DNA of 64,000 bases. Origin: Glycera tridactyla. Its lineage: Eukaryota. Where the stretch lies: the NCBI GenBank assembly GCA_965644265.1, contig OZ286465.1:21824001-21888000 (forward strand). Direction: 5' to 3'. Positions 51,101 through 62,530 of the stretch are shown here, piece after piece. The position numbers and the translations under genes were made by a program. Numbering within the stretch: the stretch's first letter is position 1; each line of letters begins with the position of its first letter. Below the pieces are notes generated by a model. That model worked only from the letters and a program-made list of their open reading frames with translations. It was not told the DNA's origin and made no database searches.

Positions 51101-54100
51101 TACCAATTCTATGATATCAGTTTCTGTGTCTGTGCATGCATCAACCTTGACCTTGGGTGCCTTCCCTTGAGTCTGGACACCGGACTCCTGAAGCGTTCGC
51201 TTCGACTTGACGTACTCGTAGAACTGTCGGAATCGCTGTATATCGACATTGTCGCGCCAATCGGAGCGCTTGGATGCCTTGGGGTTGTAGAGTGGATTAC
51301 TTGGATCACAAAATCGAGGATCCCCGTGATTCCACCCGATCAAGTGCATCGGTCCTTCGGGATCCCCCGAAAGCATCTCCAGCGAGAATATGCTGAAGAT
51401 GGGATCAATGTCGTCATTCCGGGATTGCTGGTCCGTCTCTATGTCTTTGCTAGGTGGCGTCCAATAGGAATCATTCGATGGATCTATCTCCTCTGTCGTC
51501 TCCAGCCATTTGCGTAAGCAGCATACTATAGACCCAGCAAATCTCATGTATAATGGTAATACCAAATAAACCTAAGAAAAAAGAACACCACAGTAGCACA
51601 TACTATTAGTGTTTGGACACAACTTCCATTTTTTCCCTAGCCAAATTCATTTGAAGAAGAAATTTGGTGAACTTTCTGAAAGTCACAATGTTCCTCCTGA
51701 CGCTTCAAAAATCAGTTTTTAAGCAGGATTCCTTCCAACAAATCTCTCAGGCTTGAAACCTACTGATAATGTGTTTTTGTGAATCTGAAACAATTAAGCA
51801 TTCAGTGCTGAAATCTCCTAAATTTAAAACATGGACTCAACCAAACTTCCTGGAAGATATCATGCTTTAGCACAAAAGCAGTTTTCATCAATATACAGGT
51901 TATATTTAACGGTTATCACATTCAAAAATATAGGTGGGTGAAGTCAAAGCCGATTTTAGAATTTGGGACAGGATGTACAGAACTGATCGGAAGTAAGAAT
52001 TTAAGGCACAGAATGTTTGATACCATTATAATTTGTAATATGTGGCTTGATGAATGCGGAACTCACCTTCAGATAAGTTGTTTTTTCTCCAGGAGGCCCA
52101 AATAATCGCCGGAATACATCTCTGAAATGAATAGATTAAACAATGTCAAAAATATGCAAACACACATGCACCCACACCCTTACAGGCACAAACTCATATA
52201 CATGTATACACCCTCACACAGTTACTTTTCGCACTCACGCACAATATTCTTGAATCATTTGGTGTTTTTTCAATATATTGATGAACTGGTCTACACAACC
52301 ATAAATTGGGGAAGCGGGCTAGTAGAAGAAATATTGACCCCCACCCACACTTCTGGCACTTTTGGGGTCCCCCTATTAGCAACTTCAAATAAAAAGACCA
52401 AAACTTAGAAGCATTTTAATATGGATGACTACACCTTCCAAATTCTGAATATTTCGACACACTTTACCCAAAATTACAACTGGCACTTCATTTCTGTTTC
52501 TTTTCTCTGTACTTATGGATTTTTATTAATGTAAGATTATTGGCTGAGGAATAGAGCACTCCTTCTGGAGAACTTCTCCAACATTTTTTGGGAAATAACA
52601 GAGTGAGCATGACTGAACAATATGCTGATCATAAAGTCTAAAATCAAGAGTCAGCAGGCTTGACACAGCATTACAGAATCATACTCATAACAAGGCATCA
52701 GTGATGCGGGGTCCCCCGCCGATGTGGGACTATGACAGTGAGCACCTCTGCTTCCTGAACTGTGCAGAAAAAATGTGTTGGTTTTCTTCATATGGGGTCG
52801 ACAATGTGCATGCCATTATGGAGTGTTTCAATATGCCCATGGGCAGCCCAGCACTTGCTCAAGCCCAGAATAATTGTGCCAGTGCACATATGAACAATGA
52901 GCAAGATCAATAAGATATAATTTGGTATGAATCAGTGCATTTGTTTTGAATACATAGGTTCTGCACAGCGCATACCATCCTGAAGTGCTTGAAGCTCTTC
53001 AAGAAGATGCTTCCAGAAAGGTTGATTCAGTGTGGATTGGTGCAGCAGTCCACACTACATGGGTTCCTATAAGTCCATACCATCGACAATTTTAAATGTC
53101 AATGGGCAGCCTATGCTACCCATCACTTGCCCAAACCCATGATAAAGATGTCAGTGCACAGCTACACATCAAGACACTTCAGGGAAAGTTCATTCGATGT
53201 GGATCGGTGAAGCTGTTTTAGAGAGATGAGTTCCATTAAGTCCAAATAAGAGTGCATGCCATATTGAAGTCCTTCAGATATTTCAACTGCCCATGTGCAG
53301 CCCATTGCATGTACAAATCTGTAATAAATCTGCCAGTGCATACCTACACATCAGGACGCTTCAGGAAAACTTTATTTTGTGTGAATCGGTGGAGCGGTTG
53401 TGGAGATATGAGTTCTGCAAAGTGTGGATGGGAGTGCCTAGCATTCAGACATTTCACCTGCCCATGGGGCAGCCAATCACATGGCAGAAGCCAGAATAAA
53501 TGGGCCAGTGCACACCTACACATCACGGCACTTCTAGGAAACTTGATTTGTCGTGAATCGGTGCAGCCATAGTGGAGATATGAGTTCCGCAAAATCCTGA
53601 TGACATCCTGAAGTTTCTCACATTTCACCTGCCCGTGGGCAGGCAATCACATGCCCAATACCAGAATAAACATGCCAGTGCACACCTACACATCACGACG
53701 CTTCCAGGAAACTTGATTTGGTGTGAATCGGTGCAGCCATAGTGGAGATATGAGTTCCGCAAAATCCTGATGACATCCTGAAGTTTTCCACATTTCACCT
53801 GCCCGTGGGCAGGCAATCACGTGCCCAATTCCAGAATAAACATGCCAGTGCACACCTACACATCAAGACGCTTCCAGGAAACTTGATATGGTGTGAATCG
53901 GTGCAGCCATAGTGGAGATATGAGTTCCGCAAAATCCTGATGACATCCTGAAGTTTTTCACATTTCACCTGCCCGTGGGCAGGCAATCACATGCCCAATA
54001 CCAGAATAAACATGCCAGTGCATACCTACACATCACGACGCTTCCAGGAAACTTGATTTTGTGTGAATCGGTGCAGCCATAGTGGAGATATGAGTTCCGC

Positions 54101-57100
54101 AAAATCCTGATGACATCCTGAAGTTTTCCACATTTCACCTGCCCGTGGGCAGGCAATCACGTGCCCAATTCCAGAATAAACATGCCAGTGCACACCTACA
54201 CATCACGACGCTTCCAGGAAACTTGATTTGGTGTGAATCGGTGCAGCCATAGTGGAGATATGAGTTCCGCAAAATCCTGACGACATCCTAAAGTTTTTCA
54301 CATTTCACCTGCCCCGTGGGCAGGCAATCACATGCCCAAATCCAGAATAAACGTGCCAGTGCACACCTACACATCAAGACGCTTCCAGGAAACTTGATTT
54401 GGTGTGAATCGGTGCAGCGGTTCCACAGATACAGGTTCCGCAAAGTTGACGTGCGCGGACGGACACCGGACGGACACCGGACGGACAAGGGACGCACGGA
54501 CGGACGGACGGACGGACGGACGGACAGACGGACGGACGGACGGACGGACGGACGGACAGACGCCCACTATTTTATAGTCCCCCTTCCGGTGTCCCGGCGG
54601 GGGACAATCAGGTAAACAGGGATGTGATTGGCTCACAACCAAAAACACTGAAAACCTGAACGGGAGCACTTATATACCAAGATTTTGTTGATCAACAAAC
54701 CCAAGCAACTGGTGACTGAAGGCTGAAGACTGACTGAACTCCGTACAAACATTGTGCTCTATCTCCACTAATACTGGTCCAATTTTCATGATCTAAAAGC
54801 CAGAATAATCAGCACAGAATGATCTCTGCTCCCATTTTATGTCCTGCTGTTCTTGAGCAAAAACACGGAAATCCGCGGATCCGTGGAAGAATCACATCCC
54901 TGGGTAAAAGAGGCTTCGAAGAGTACACTTGAAAGTATGACATTGATGTTTTCAGCTGGATGTTCATCTGGACAGATGACATGGAATTCTTGGTTGTCCA
55001 TCTAAGAAACGTACTTGTCCACAACCAATATTAGGTATAATTTATCACGACAAAATGCAGTCATCCATCAGACAAATCAATCATGAAATTCATTGCCATG
55101 TACTCGTATCCAAAAGCTTATCTGGAAAAACTTACCGAGTTTCACGTATATAGAAGGGATCCTTTGCTGCAAAAAAATACAAAGCAGATTACATTAAAAG
55201 CAGAAAAGATGGCTATAGCGATCTAAACTCAATTCAGGCTGGTCTGTCTTTGTCTCAATGCTGGTTATGAATTTGTTAGGAATTTCGAGTGCACTGAACT
55301 GTAAGGGTGGGACGATTCACCGAAATTTTGATAATATCGATTGTTTGCAAAAGAAACAATCGTTTCGAAACTAGGAGAAAATGCAGCTTGTTTTAAAAAA
55401 AAAACATTGCTGAGAGCCCAAATATTGGAGATTTGATGAACTTTTTACTAGAAATGCCTTTATATTTGATAGTAATTGGCAATATTTCAAGACGACCAAA
55501 ATATGGGTGACTTGCTCATGTCACTCGCAACTGGGAGGACCATGCCAGACTCCTGAAAGAGGGCTGCACGGCATTTTGTGTCGTCATTCATTTCGTGAGG
55601 TGTGTTTCTAGAAATGTTTCGTATCGTGACTAAAGTGTTTTGTCCCAGCCCTACTGAACTGCAACTTACTCATGCTGTGACGAAGGAATATGCTGCAATT
55701 TTCAGCAGCTTTCTCGGTATACAACGGATAGCATTGTAATCAGTACCAAACTGCATCCTGTTTCAATACTAAAAGGAGCCCTTTACCAAACACTGAAAAC
55801 TTCTGATCGAAATCCCAAACTCATTCCAGGATTCCTGGCTAGCCACAAACCTTCATTCATGTTTCAATTAAACTCACCAAAACTTTTTGATCCGAGATAT
55901 TGCAATAGCTGACGATTCTGTGCAACCTGCACGATGTCCATGATTAGAGTTCGTGCCAAAGTCACTTTACCTGAAAGAGAAATCACGGAAATCAGGTAGT
56001 GTTAATTACAATGCAAATAATAATAAAGCTATGTTAATGATTCTATTCACAATCAGAGATGCATCTTCAGGGCGCGACAAGATGGCCTCCCACCTGCCCC
56101 TTGCAGGTAGATTTCCAAGGGGGCAGGTTGATTTTGAAACCTACCTCATAGATGCCAACCTCTGATGGACAAAAATAGTAGCAGTGCCAATTTCAAACAG
56201 TAGCAGTGCAGTATTTGCAATGGGATAAAAAGGAAAATCCAGATTTTTCAGAGTAGCATCACTCATAAAATGCAAAAATTTTGGCCTGGAAAGAGTAGTT
56301 GCTACTCCAAAATCGTAGCAGTTGGCATCTCTGCTACCTGCCCAGTGGACAGTTGGCAAATGATCATAAATGCAATGAATGCATAATGGAGGCATGCTTA
56401 ATTCTGGAGGGGGCAGGTAGATCTGAAAATTTACCTGCCACCGGGCAGGTGGATTATTTTGATGTTGTCGTGGCCTGCATCACAAATTCTTGTCAAAATA
56501 TATGAAAGCATGGCTCAAGTTGGACTAACAAAATATGCTATTCACACAATCATACAGGCTATGGCGGCAAAGTGGAAACATTCTGATCCTGTCTGACATT
56601 CAAATATCATAGATCACCCTCTACAATGGATAACCCTTGCCGGAGACCAAAACAGAAGGACATGGGTGAGTTCTTGACAGAGATTTCAATGGGTTTTTTT
56701 TGGTTGTGTGGCGAATGTGGTTCTGTAGATTCCAAATAATTTCCTGACATGATTCTTCAGTGTCTTTATTTTCAATGATAGTTTTGAGGGGCATCCACCA
56801 TCTTGTTTTGATGATGATGTTTCTAATGGCTCATGTGGTAAATCGATATTCGCATAAATATCGCTACTTAGACGTGTTATCTCTCTGAGATAGATGTCTA
56901 CATCGATCAATTGTTAGGAATCAGTCAAGTCACATTAGGACTATCCCATTTTGTGAGGGGAAGCAGAGAAAAACAGGACCACTAACACTAATCCTGAATT
57001 TTCAGTACCTGTTCCCACCTAATTGTGTACAACACAGGGACCCTCTCTCCTCTGATACTGAGCATGGGCTTATTTTCACCCATAAATTCATAACATCCCC

Positions 57101-59183
57101 AACCCCATTCCAAATAGTATCAAGTGACAATTTGATATGGAATATCAACCTCCTCTGTTATTACTTTTGTTTTCCACCTGTTTCCAGGCAGGTGAATTGA
57201 AAATCAACCTGTTCATCTTGAATATCTACCCTGTCAGCACATCCTACATGCAGTAGCCCAGCCAAGCCCCATCCCTACGCTTGTGTTCTGAATCACCTTT
57301 CACCCTCACCCTTGGGTGTTAGCTTCCAGCCAGCTATATAGTTAGATATGCCATCATAGGTTTATTATGTATATGTTCAGATTAGGTAGACGTGTGTTTG
57401 AACTGTCAGCTACTTCCACTTGACAGCCTTTCAGGTTCCCCATCATCTTGTGTTCAGGGTTTGTGAGAGTGATGTCGGCAGGGGAGAGAACATCTAGCTT
57501 TCATCAACCAGGAACACAGGGCATAAATAATCCTGTGGGTTGATACATGCCGTTAAACCTCAAACAAACAATACAAACAACCCCTCCAAAATACAAATAT
57601 ATCCAAATATATCACATTTCTGCATCAAGTAAGCTGGTAAGAGTGGCCGATACGCCAGGGCCAGGGTTGAAATAAAAATATCTCATACCATCAATGAATT
57701 GCTCATGGATGTCAATGAAGACCTTATCGATGATGATATCATAGTTTTCTGGTTTTTCCGGGAACTTGATGACTCCATATTTCATCGAGAATGATCGAAA
57801 TGACATCACAAAGCGAATCCAGAATTCCTTGCCCTGAAAGTATACGTAAACAGCTTTTCACATAGGTGATAACTCCTAAGGTCTGGTTTCGCCTCCTGGC
57901 CAAGCATGTTTATCAAGACCGAACTCATTATTGGATGTATTCATTCTTGAACGTACACGTCACAATCATTATTCTCTTGAACAGGCCACTCACATGGCAA
58001 TAATAAATTGGACTTCACATCTTGATTAGGCCTTTATCCACACAAACATCTCATCCTTAAATATTTTAAAGTGCACAAACTCTAGCGAGCAGGCTTTTTT
58101 TTAAAGGCGGAGAGTGTTTCTACCAATCTCAGGGATGTGATTGGCTCACAACCAAAAACACTGAAAACCTGAATAGGAGCACTTATACCGAGATTTTGTC
58201 GATCAGCAAACCAAAACAACTGGTGACTGAAAGCTACTAGAACTCCATACAAACACTGAGCTCCATCTCCACTAATACTGGTCCGCTTTCATGATCTAAA
58301 AGTAGTGTTGGGATTTGATTTTTTCTCAAGTTTGAAGCTTGATTTTCAAAACCAAACGAACAAATTCTTGTAACCAGCCCCCCCCCCCCATTGTATATCA
58401 CAGTCGAAACTCTATAAGGACCACCTTCGGCCTTCATAGAGAGGTGGTCTTTATAGTGAGGTAATTCTATAAAATACTACCAAGGTCGCAGCTCAGGTTT
58501 TTCTTTATAAAGAGGTGGTCTTCACAGAGAGGTGATCTTTAGAAGAGTTTGGAATGTACCCTTTTTACCACTTTCATCATGAGGGGATTTTGGATGACAT
58601 TCAGGGGTAGAGTCAATAAGATTAGAAACTGAGAACTTGCCTTGTACCAGAACTCATTGTGTTTCCATGGTAACCAATTATTTCCCACTTACTCATAGAG
58701 CACATATGTTCCAGCATGTGGATGGGAGGGTATGAAGCCTGAAGGGGGTAATGTGAGCTGATATAGGGGTCAGATGTGGATGTATCCATCATCAAAATAG
58801 ACAGTCAAGTGGGATCAGGTGGTTATGAAATCAAATAATCAAACATCAAGTTTGTGTTCAAATGTTTGATTTGTTGGAGCAATCGAATCAAATTCGACTA
58901 TAATCGAATTTCGGCACATCACTATCTAAAAGCCAAAACAATCAGCAGAGTACTCTTTGCTGTTATGTGCATGGCACGGACTGGAACAATCACAACCCCG
59001 CAATCTGCTCTCCCTAAAACCAGACTGATCATCTGATAATAGTCAAGTCACTGGGTATCCTACCTGGTCATTCCACATTCGTTTGAAGGCATCCCAATGG
59101 CGTTGTAAGTAGTCATACTCTACGGGTCCAATCTCAGTATCGAACAGCGAGAAATCGCTGTCACATAGCCTTATTTTCCTCAT
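39105..59183 (-). CDS. ~894-aa protein with C-terminal MYND zinc finger. Exons 59064-59183, 57689-57833, 55136-55166, 52067-52121, 50705-51571, 49491-49644, 47521-47657, 46930-46984, 43289-43615, 41930-42123, 41130-41617, 39790-39845, 39105-39160 (stop)
   Basis: All 12 introns are GT-AG with matching phases. The spliced finger reads CSHCGSEEPKPKAYKKCQR|CKEEGITNVRYYCGRDCQ|LEDWTACHKQEH (CxxC..CxxC..YCxxxCQxxxW..H). The start codon is uncertain: the exon begins at 59190 and a short upstream coding exon 59529-59545 is possible. Confidence 0.82.
42744..43172. mobile_element. MITE with ~90-bp TIRs
   Basis: 42744-42834 is the near-perfect reverse complement of 43081-43172; no TSD recognised. Confidence 0.75.
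44766..44823. repeat. (TAGG)n microsatellite
   Basis: Direct reading. Confidence 0.95.
45594..46148. mobile_element. MITE, perfect 16-bp TIR CAGAGCTGCATCCAGG, 6-bp TSD AGATCT
   Basis: AGATCT at 45588-45593 and 46149-46154. Confidence 0.85.
52689..54608 (+). mobile_element. Helentron-associated (HINE/DINE-1/pearl-like) non-autonomous element with internal 170-bp tandem array
   Basis: 5' subTIR GTCCCCCGCCG (52711-52721) is the exact reverse complement of 54595-54605; 170-bp units (53556, 53726, 53896, 54066, 54236, plus degenerate upstream copies); (GGAC)n at ~54456-54560; 3' GC-rich hairpin. Confidence 0.8.
54617..54902. mobile_element. MITE family with CAGGGATGTGATT TIR and 6-bp TSD; copies 44027-44296, ~43670-43929, ~49769-50007, truncated ~58130-58285
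   Basis: TSD GGTAAA (54611-54616/54903-54908) and CTATTT (44021-44026/44297-44302). Confidence 0.85.
55302..55653. mobile_element. Canonical hAT-type MITE with 8-bp TSD
   Basis: Termini TAAGGGTGGGAC / GTCCCAGCCCTA; CTGAACTG at 55294-55301 and 55654-55661. Confidence 0.75.
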
Positions 59184-59654
59184 TGTAGTCCTGCAAACAA
59201 AACATTCATACAGTCAAACTTGTCTTAAGCATGAAGCCACAGGACATGAAAAATGTGTGTGCTTAGAGCAAGTTCATGCTTAGTACAGGTCAAATATAGT
59301 GAAAAATACTCTGGCGGGATGAACAAAATCCTGCTGCTTAGGACAAGTTCTTGCTTAGTACAAGTCATGATTAGGACAAGTTTGACTGTATATATTATCG
59401 CAACACCTGGACATGGATCATGTCATGATCATGTGGTGCCAAACAATTCGGCTAAACCAAAAGGTTCGCATTTTTTTTGTGTATGGTGCATTTCTTAAGC
59501 CAGATGAGAAAAGTTAGTCTTTGGCTACCTCCTTTGTGAACGCATGAATGTCGTTCCAGATTAGCAGCTCGAATGGCGTGGACAGACATTGTGATCAGTG
59601 GCAGTCAGCAGTGGTTCTATGTATATGGTTATCAGCAGGTTGTATGGTCATAAA

Positions 59655-60003
59655 CAGGTTAGGGCCCGGCCTGGGCCTAATTCGGCTGGGTGACAATTGT
59701 CGACAATCTTGCGTTCGACTCGTCATATTGTTAACAAATTGTCGACAATTGGCGACAATATGATGAGTCGAACGCAAGATTGTCGACAATTGCCGAACTT
59801 GCTCCTGTTATCAGGTTATCCCAGTCTGGTCCAGTACGTTCTGGGATCCCAGCTAGACACTGAAATTAGGCTATCAGTTAACCATGAATGGTTCCAAATA
59901 TTTCCTCAAAATCACTATTTATTCCTAAATCCAACTAGCTTCTATATATTGGCTTGAAAACTGACTATTCTCTGATTCTCAGGAGCCAACTTTTATCAAC
60001 CTG
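59655..60003. mobile_element. CAGGTT-terminated element with 5-bp TSD ATAAA
   Basis: ATAAA at 59650-59654 and 60004-60008; internal similarity to 60140-60300. Confidence 0.7.
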
Positions 60004-60053
60004 ATAAACCATTAAACATGGGATTCCGATTGGTTTCCACCCTGGCCACTGAC

Positions 60054-60994
60054 CAGGTTAGGGCCTGGCCTGTTATTCCAGTACGTACTGGAATCACAGG
60101 GCGTACTGAAATCACAGTACACCAGGTGTACTGTGATTACAGTACGTCCTGGGATCCCAGGACACTGAGCTCAGGCTATCAGTCAACCATGAATAGGTCC
60201 ACACTTTTCCTCAAAATCACTATTTATTCCGAAATCCCACTTGCTGACAGATATTGGCTTGAAAACTGATCATTCACTGATTAAGAAGAGCCCACTTTTA
60301 TCAAAATCGGGTAATTTGGACCTGAAATATGCAGTTGGGAGTTGGAGGCAAAGATGACAAATCATAAAACTTCGACAGATTTTTGTATCCTGACAAATTT
60401 TTGAATGATGAGCTCACTGTAAATTCATTTTTATTTTGGAGGCAGAAGTTCACTCTTCAATTTGAGTGCAAGTTGAGAAAAATCCACCGAGGGGTTTTCC
60501 AATGGCAAGCTGATTTCGACAGATTTTTGTATCCTGACAAATTTTTGAATGATGAGCTCACTGTAAATTCATTTTTATTTTGGAGGCAGAAGTTCACTCT
60601 TCAATTTGAGTGCAAGTTGAGAAAAATCCACCGAGGGGTTTTCCAATGGCAAGCTGATTTTGACATCAGAGATCATTAATAACACACATTTGCCTATTTT
60701 CAATGGCATACAATTCTGCTCGAACTCACACAATTGCTACAATATTGATATTCCCTGAATCAGAAAATACAGTATTTTCATGACAGTACTTTACAGGCAA
60801 TGAAAATCACAGTTCCAGAGAACAGTGAGGAAAAATCTGAACACACTTGGTTATTTACTCAAAACTCACTCATCACTGCAGGGTGTACTGAAATCCCAGT
60901 ACGCCCTGTGATTACAGTACACCCACCATCCTGTGATTCCAGTACGCCCTGTGATTCCAGTACGTACTGGAATAACAGGCCAGGCCCTAACCTG
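60054..60994. mobile_element. Long-TIR (~60 bp) element with 5-bp TSD CTGAC and an internal 147-bp tandem duplication
   Basis: CAGGTTAGGGCCTGGCCTGTTATTCCAGTACGTACTGGAATCACAGGGCGTACTG at both ends, inverted; CTGAC at 60049-60053 and 60995-60999; duplication ~60370-60663. Confidence 0.85.
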
Positions 60995-61949
60995 CTGACA
61001 GTGACAGCTGCTGCGGGCCGCCATTCACGAGTTGGGCGGATCATCTCTCATCTGCTCAATCCCAAACTTTCTATGTTTTACCTTTTGACATTTGTCCTAG
61101 TGGTCCAGTTGTAATTTTGTCGTAATACTCCAAAAAGTGCGAATAAACATGCAGACTAGGCTGTACAGCAAGCAGCCATGCTGGAAGTGAGGCCAAGGTG
61201 AAGGTCACTCTGCGTGCTGCAGGGAGCAGTCATTATTCTAGTTGAGTGCTTCCTGTGATGAATCACATGGGGAGTGCCAGCAGTTTCATTTTGGACAATG
61301 TGGGAGCAGGTGAGGTGGTTTTGTTTGTATAGTATTCATTTGATAATTTCTTCGTTGATTGATTGATTGATTGATGCTTTCATCTATTCTCTGTGATTTG
61401 TTAACTATTTCTTTGATTGCTTATTTATTTGTCGATTGATTTGTTCATTTATTAGTATGTTCACTGATTATTTGTTCATTTTTATATCCAACTTATCTAA
61501 ACATCAACGCTTATATATTTTTTTAATTGGATCAATATTCCCCATGTGCATATCTATCAGTCATTTAGTTACATCGTTCAATACTCACTTCATCTTGTAT
61601 CATCATTGAATTTAGTTCTCATCTGCATTTTTCGCCATCGTACTGACACCATTCGAAGTGTTTGGCTAACAGTTGATTCTAATCCCCTCAATTAGTTGTT
61701 ACTTGGTCCGTATTCACCAGAACACCTAGCAAGCTACCATGGGCTATCGCCACGCGGCCTCAGAAGATCTAGCATATGTTCTAGAGGGTCTCTTTTTGAT
61801 TTTCGCGTGAATAAAGAAGTGTTGATTATTATTATCATATCCTACTGTAGGTCCTGTCGATTATATCTCCAGATATATCAATTAATTCATCCACCTGATA
61901 TTGTTTAACTTCTTGAGTGCCAACTACTGGCCGAAACCCCATGCAATAT

Positions 61950-62530
61950 GAACGCTAGACAAACATTCTTCCAAACAAAAGAATGTACAGATCCACCACG
62001 ATGCAGTAAAAATGAACTTCCGTCAGCTCATCACCAGGAAAATAGAGAACCTGGAAGACACTGATCGTCGATCCTACTGGAGGCTAGTGGCCCAACTAAT
62101 AACGTTTGAGAAGGCCCTAGTTGATGATAACACATGACTGGGAAAGCCATTACAAAAACGTACTCGTCCCAGGTATTAAGGCGACACCCATAAACACAGA
62201 CATTACTACAACTAATAATGATCTGAAAAAGGAGCCATATTTTTCCAAACTCGACTTGTTCTTGTTCTTGTTTCGTATACTCCGCCTTTCTATGCTAGGC
62301 GAACCGTCATTGACGCGCTTTTTCTGTTTTGCTATAAAAAGAAAGAAAGAATTTCTCACACTCTTTCTCGTCAGTTTGCACTATCTATCTAATCACACAG
62401 AATGAAGTGACCACAGCCCTAAGAAAACTCAAACCAAACAAGGCTGTTGGCATCGATAACATCAGTGGTGAAATCCTTCAAGCAGCTGCTACCTACGTGT
62501 CCCGATGGTTCACCAAATTATTCAACACGA
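61950..62530 (+). pseudogene. Degenerate LINE ORF2 fragment (region just before the RT domain)
   Basis: WESHYKNVL.. and TTALRKLKPNKAVGIDNISGEILQ...WFTKLFNTI resemble the K.K..KA.G.D.I..E.L motif; frameshifted. Confidence 0.7.

Noticed and set aside
51620-51900. Decayed coding-like stretch on + inside a MYND intron
   Set aside because: Multiple stops and no identifiable family.
54909-55000. Possible MYND exon (MDNQEFHVICPDEH...)
   Set aside because: No usable donor; exons 55136 and 52121 join in phase 2 without it.
56799-56897. Possible extra 99-nt exon of the MYND gene
   Set aside because: Weak acceptor and donor; exons 57689 and 55166 already join in frame. At most an alternative exon.
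56616-57260. Possible nested plus-strand mini-gene (MDNPCRRPKQKDM|GTGAGT)
   Set aside because: Product under 40 aa with no homology; compatible with chance splice motifs.
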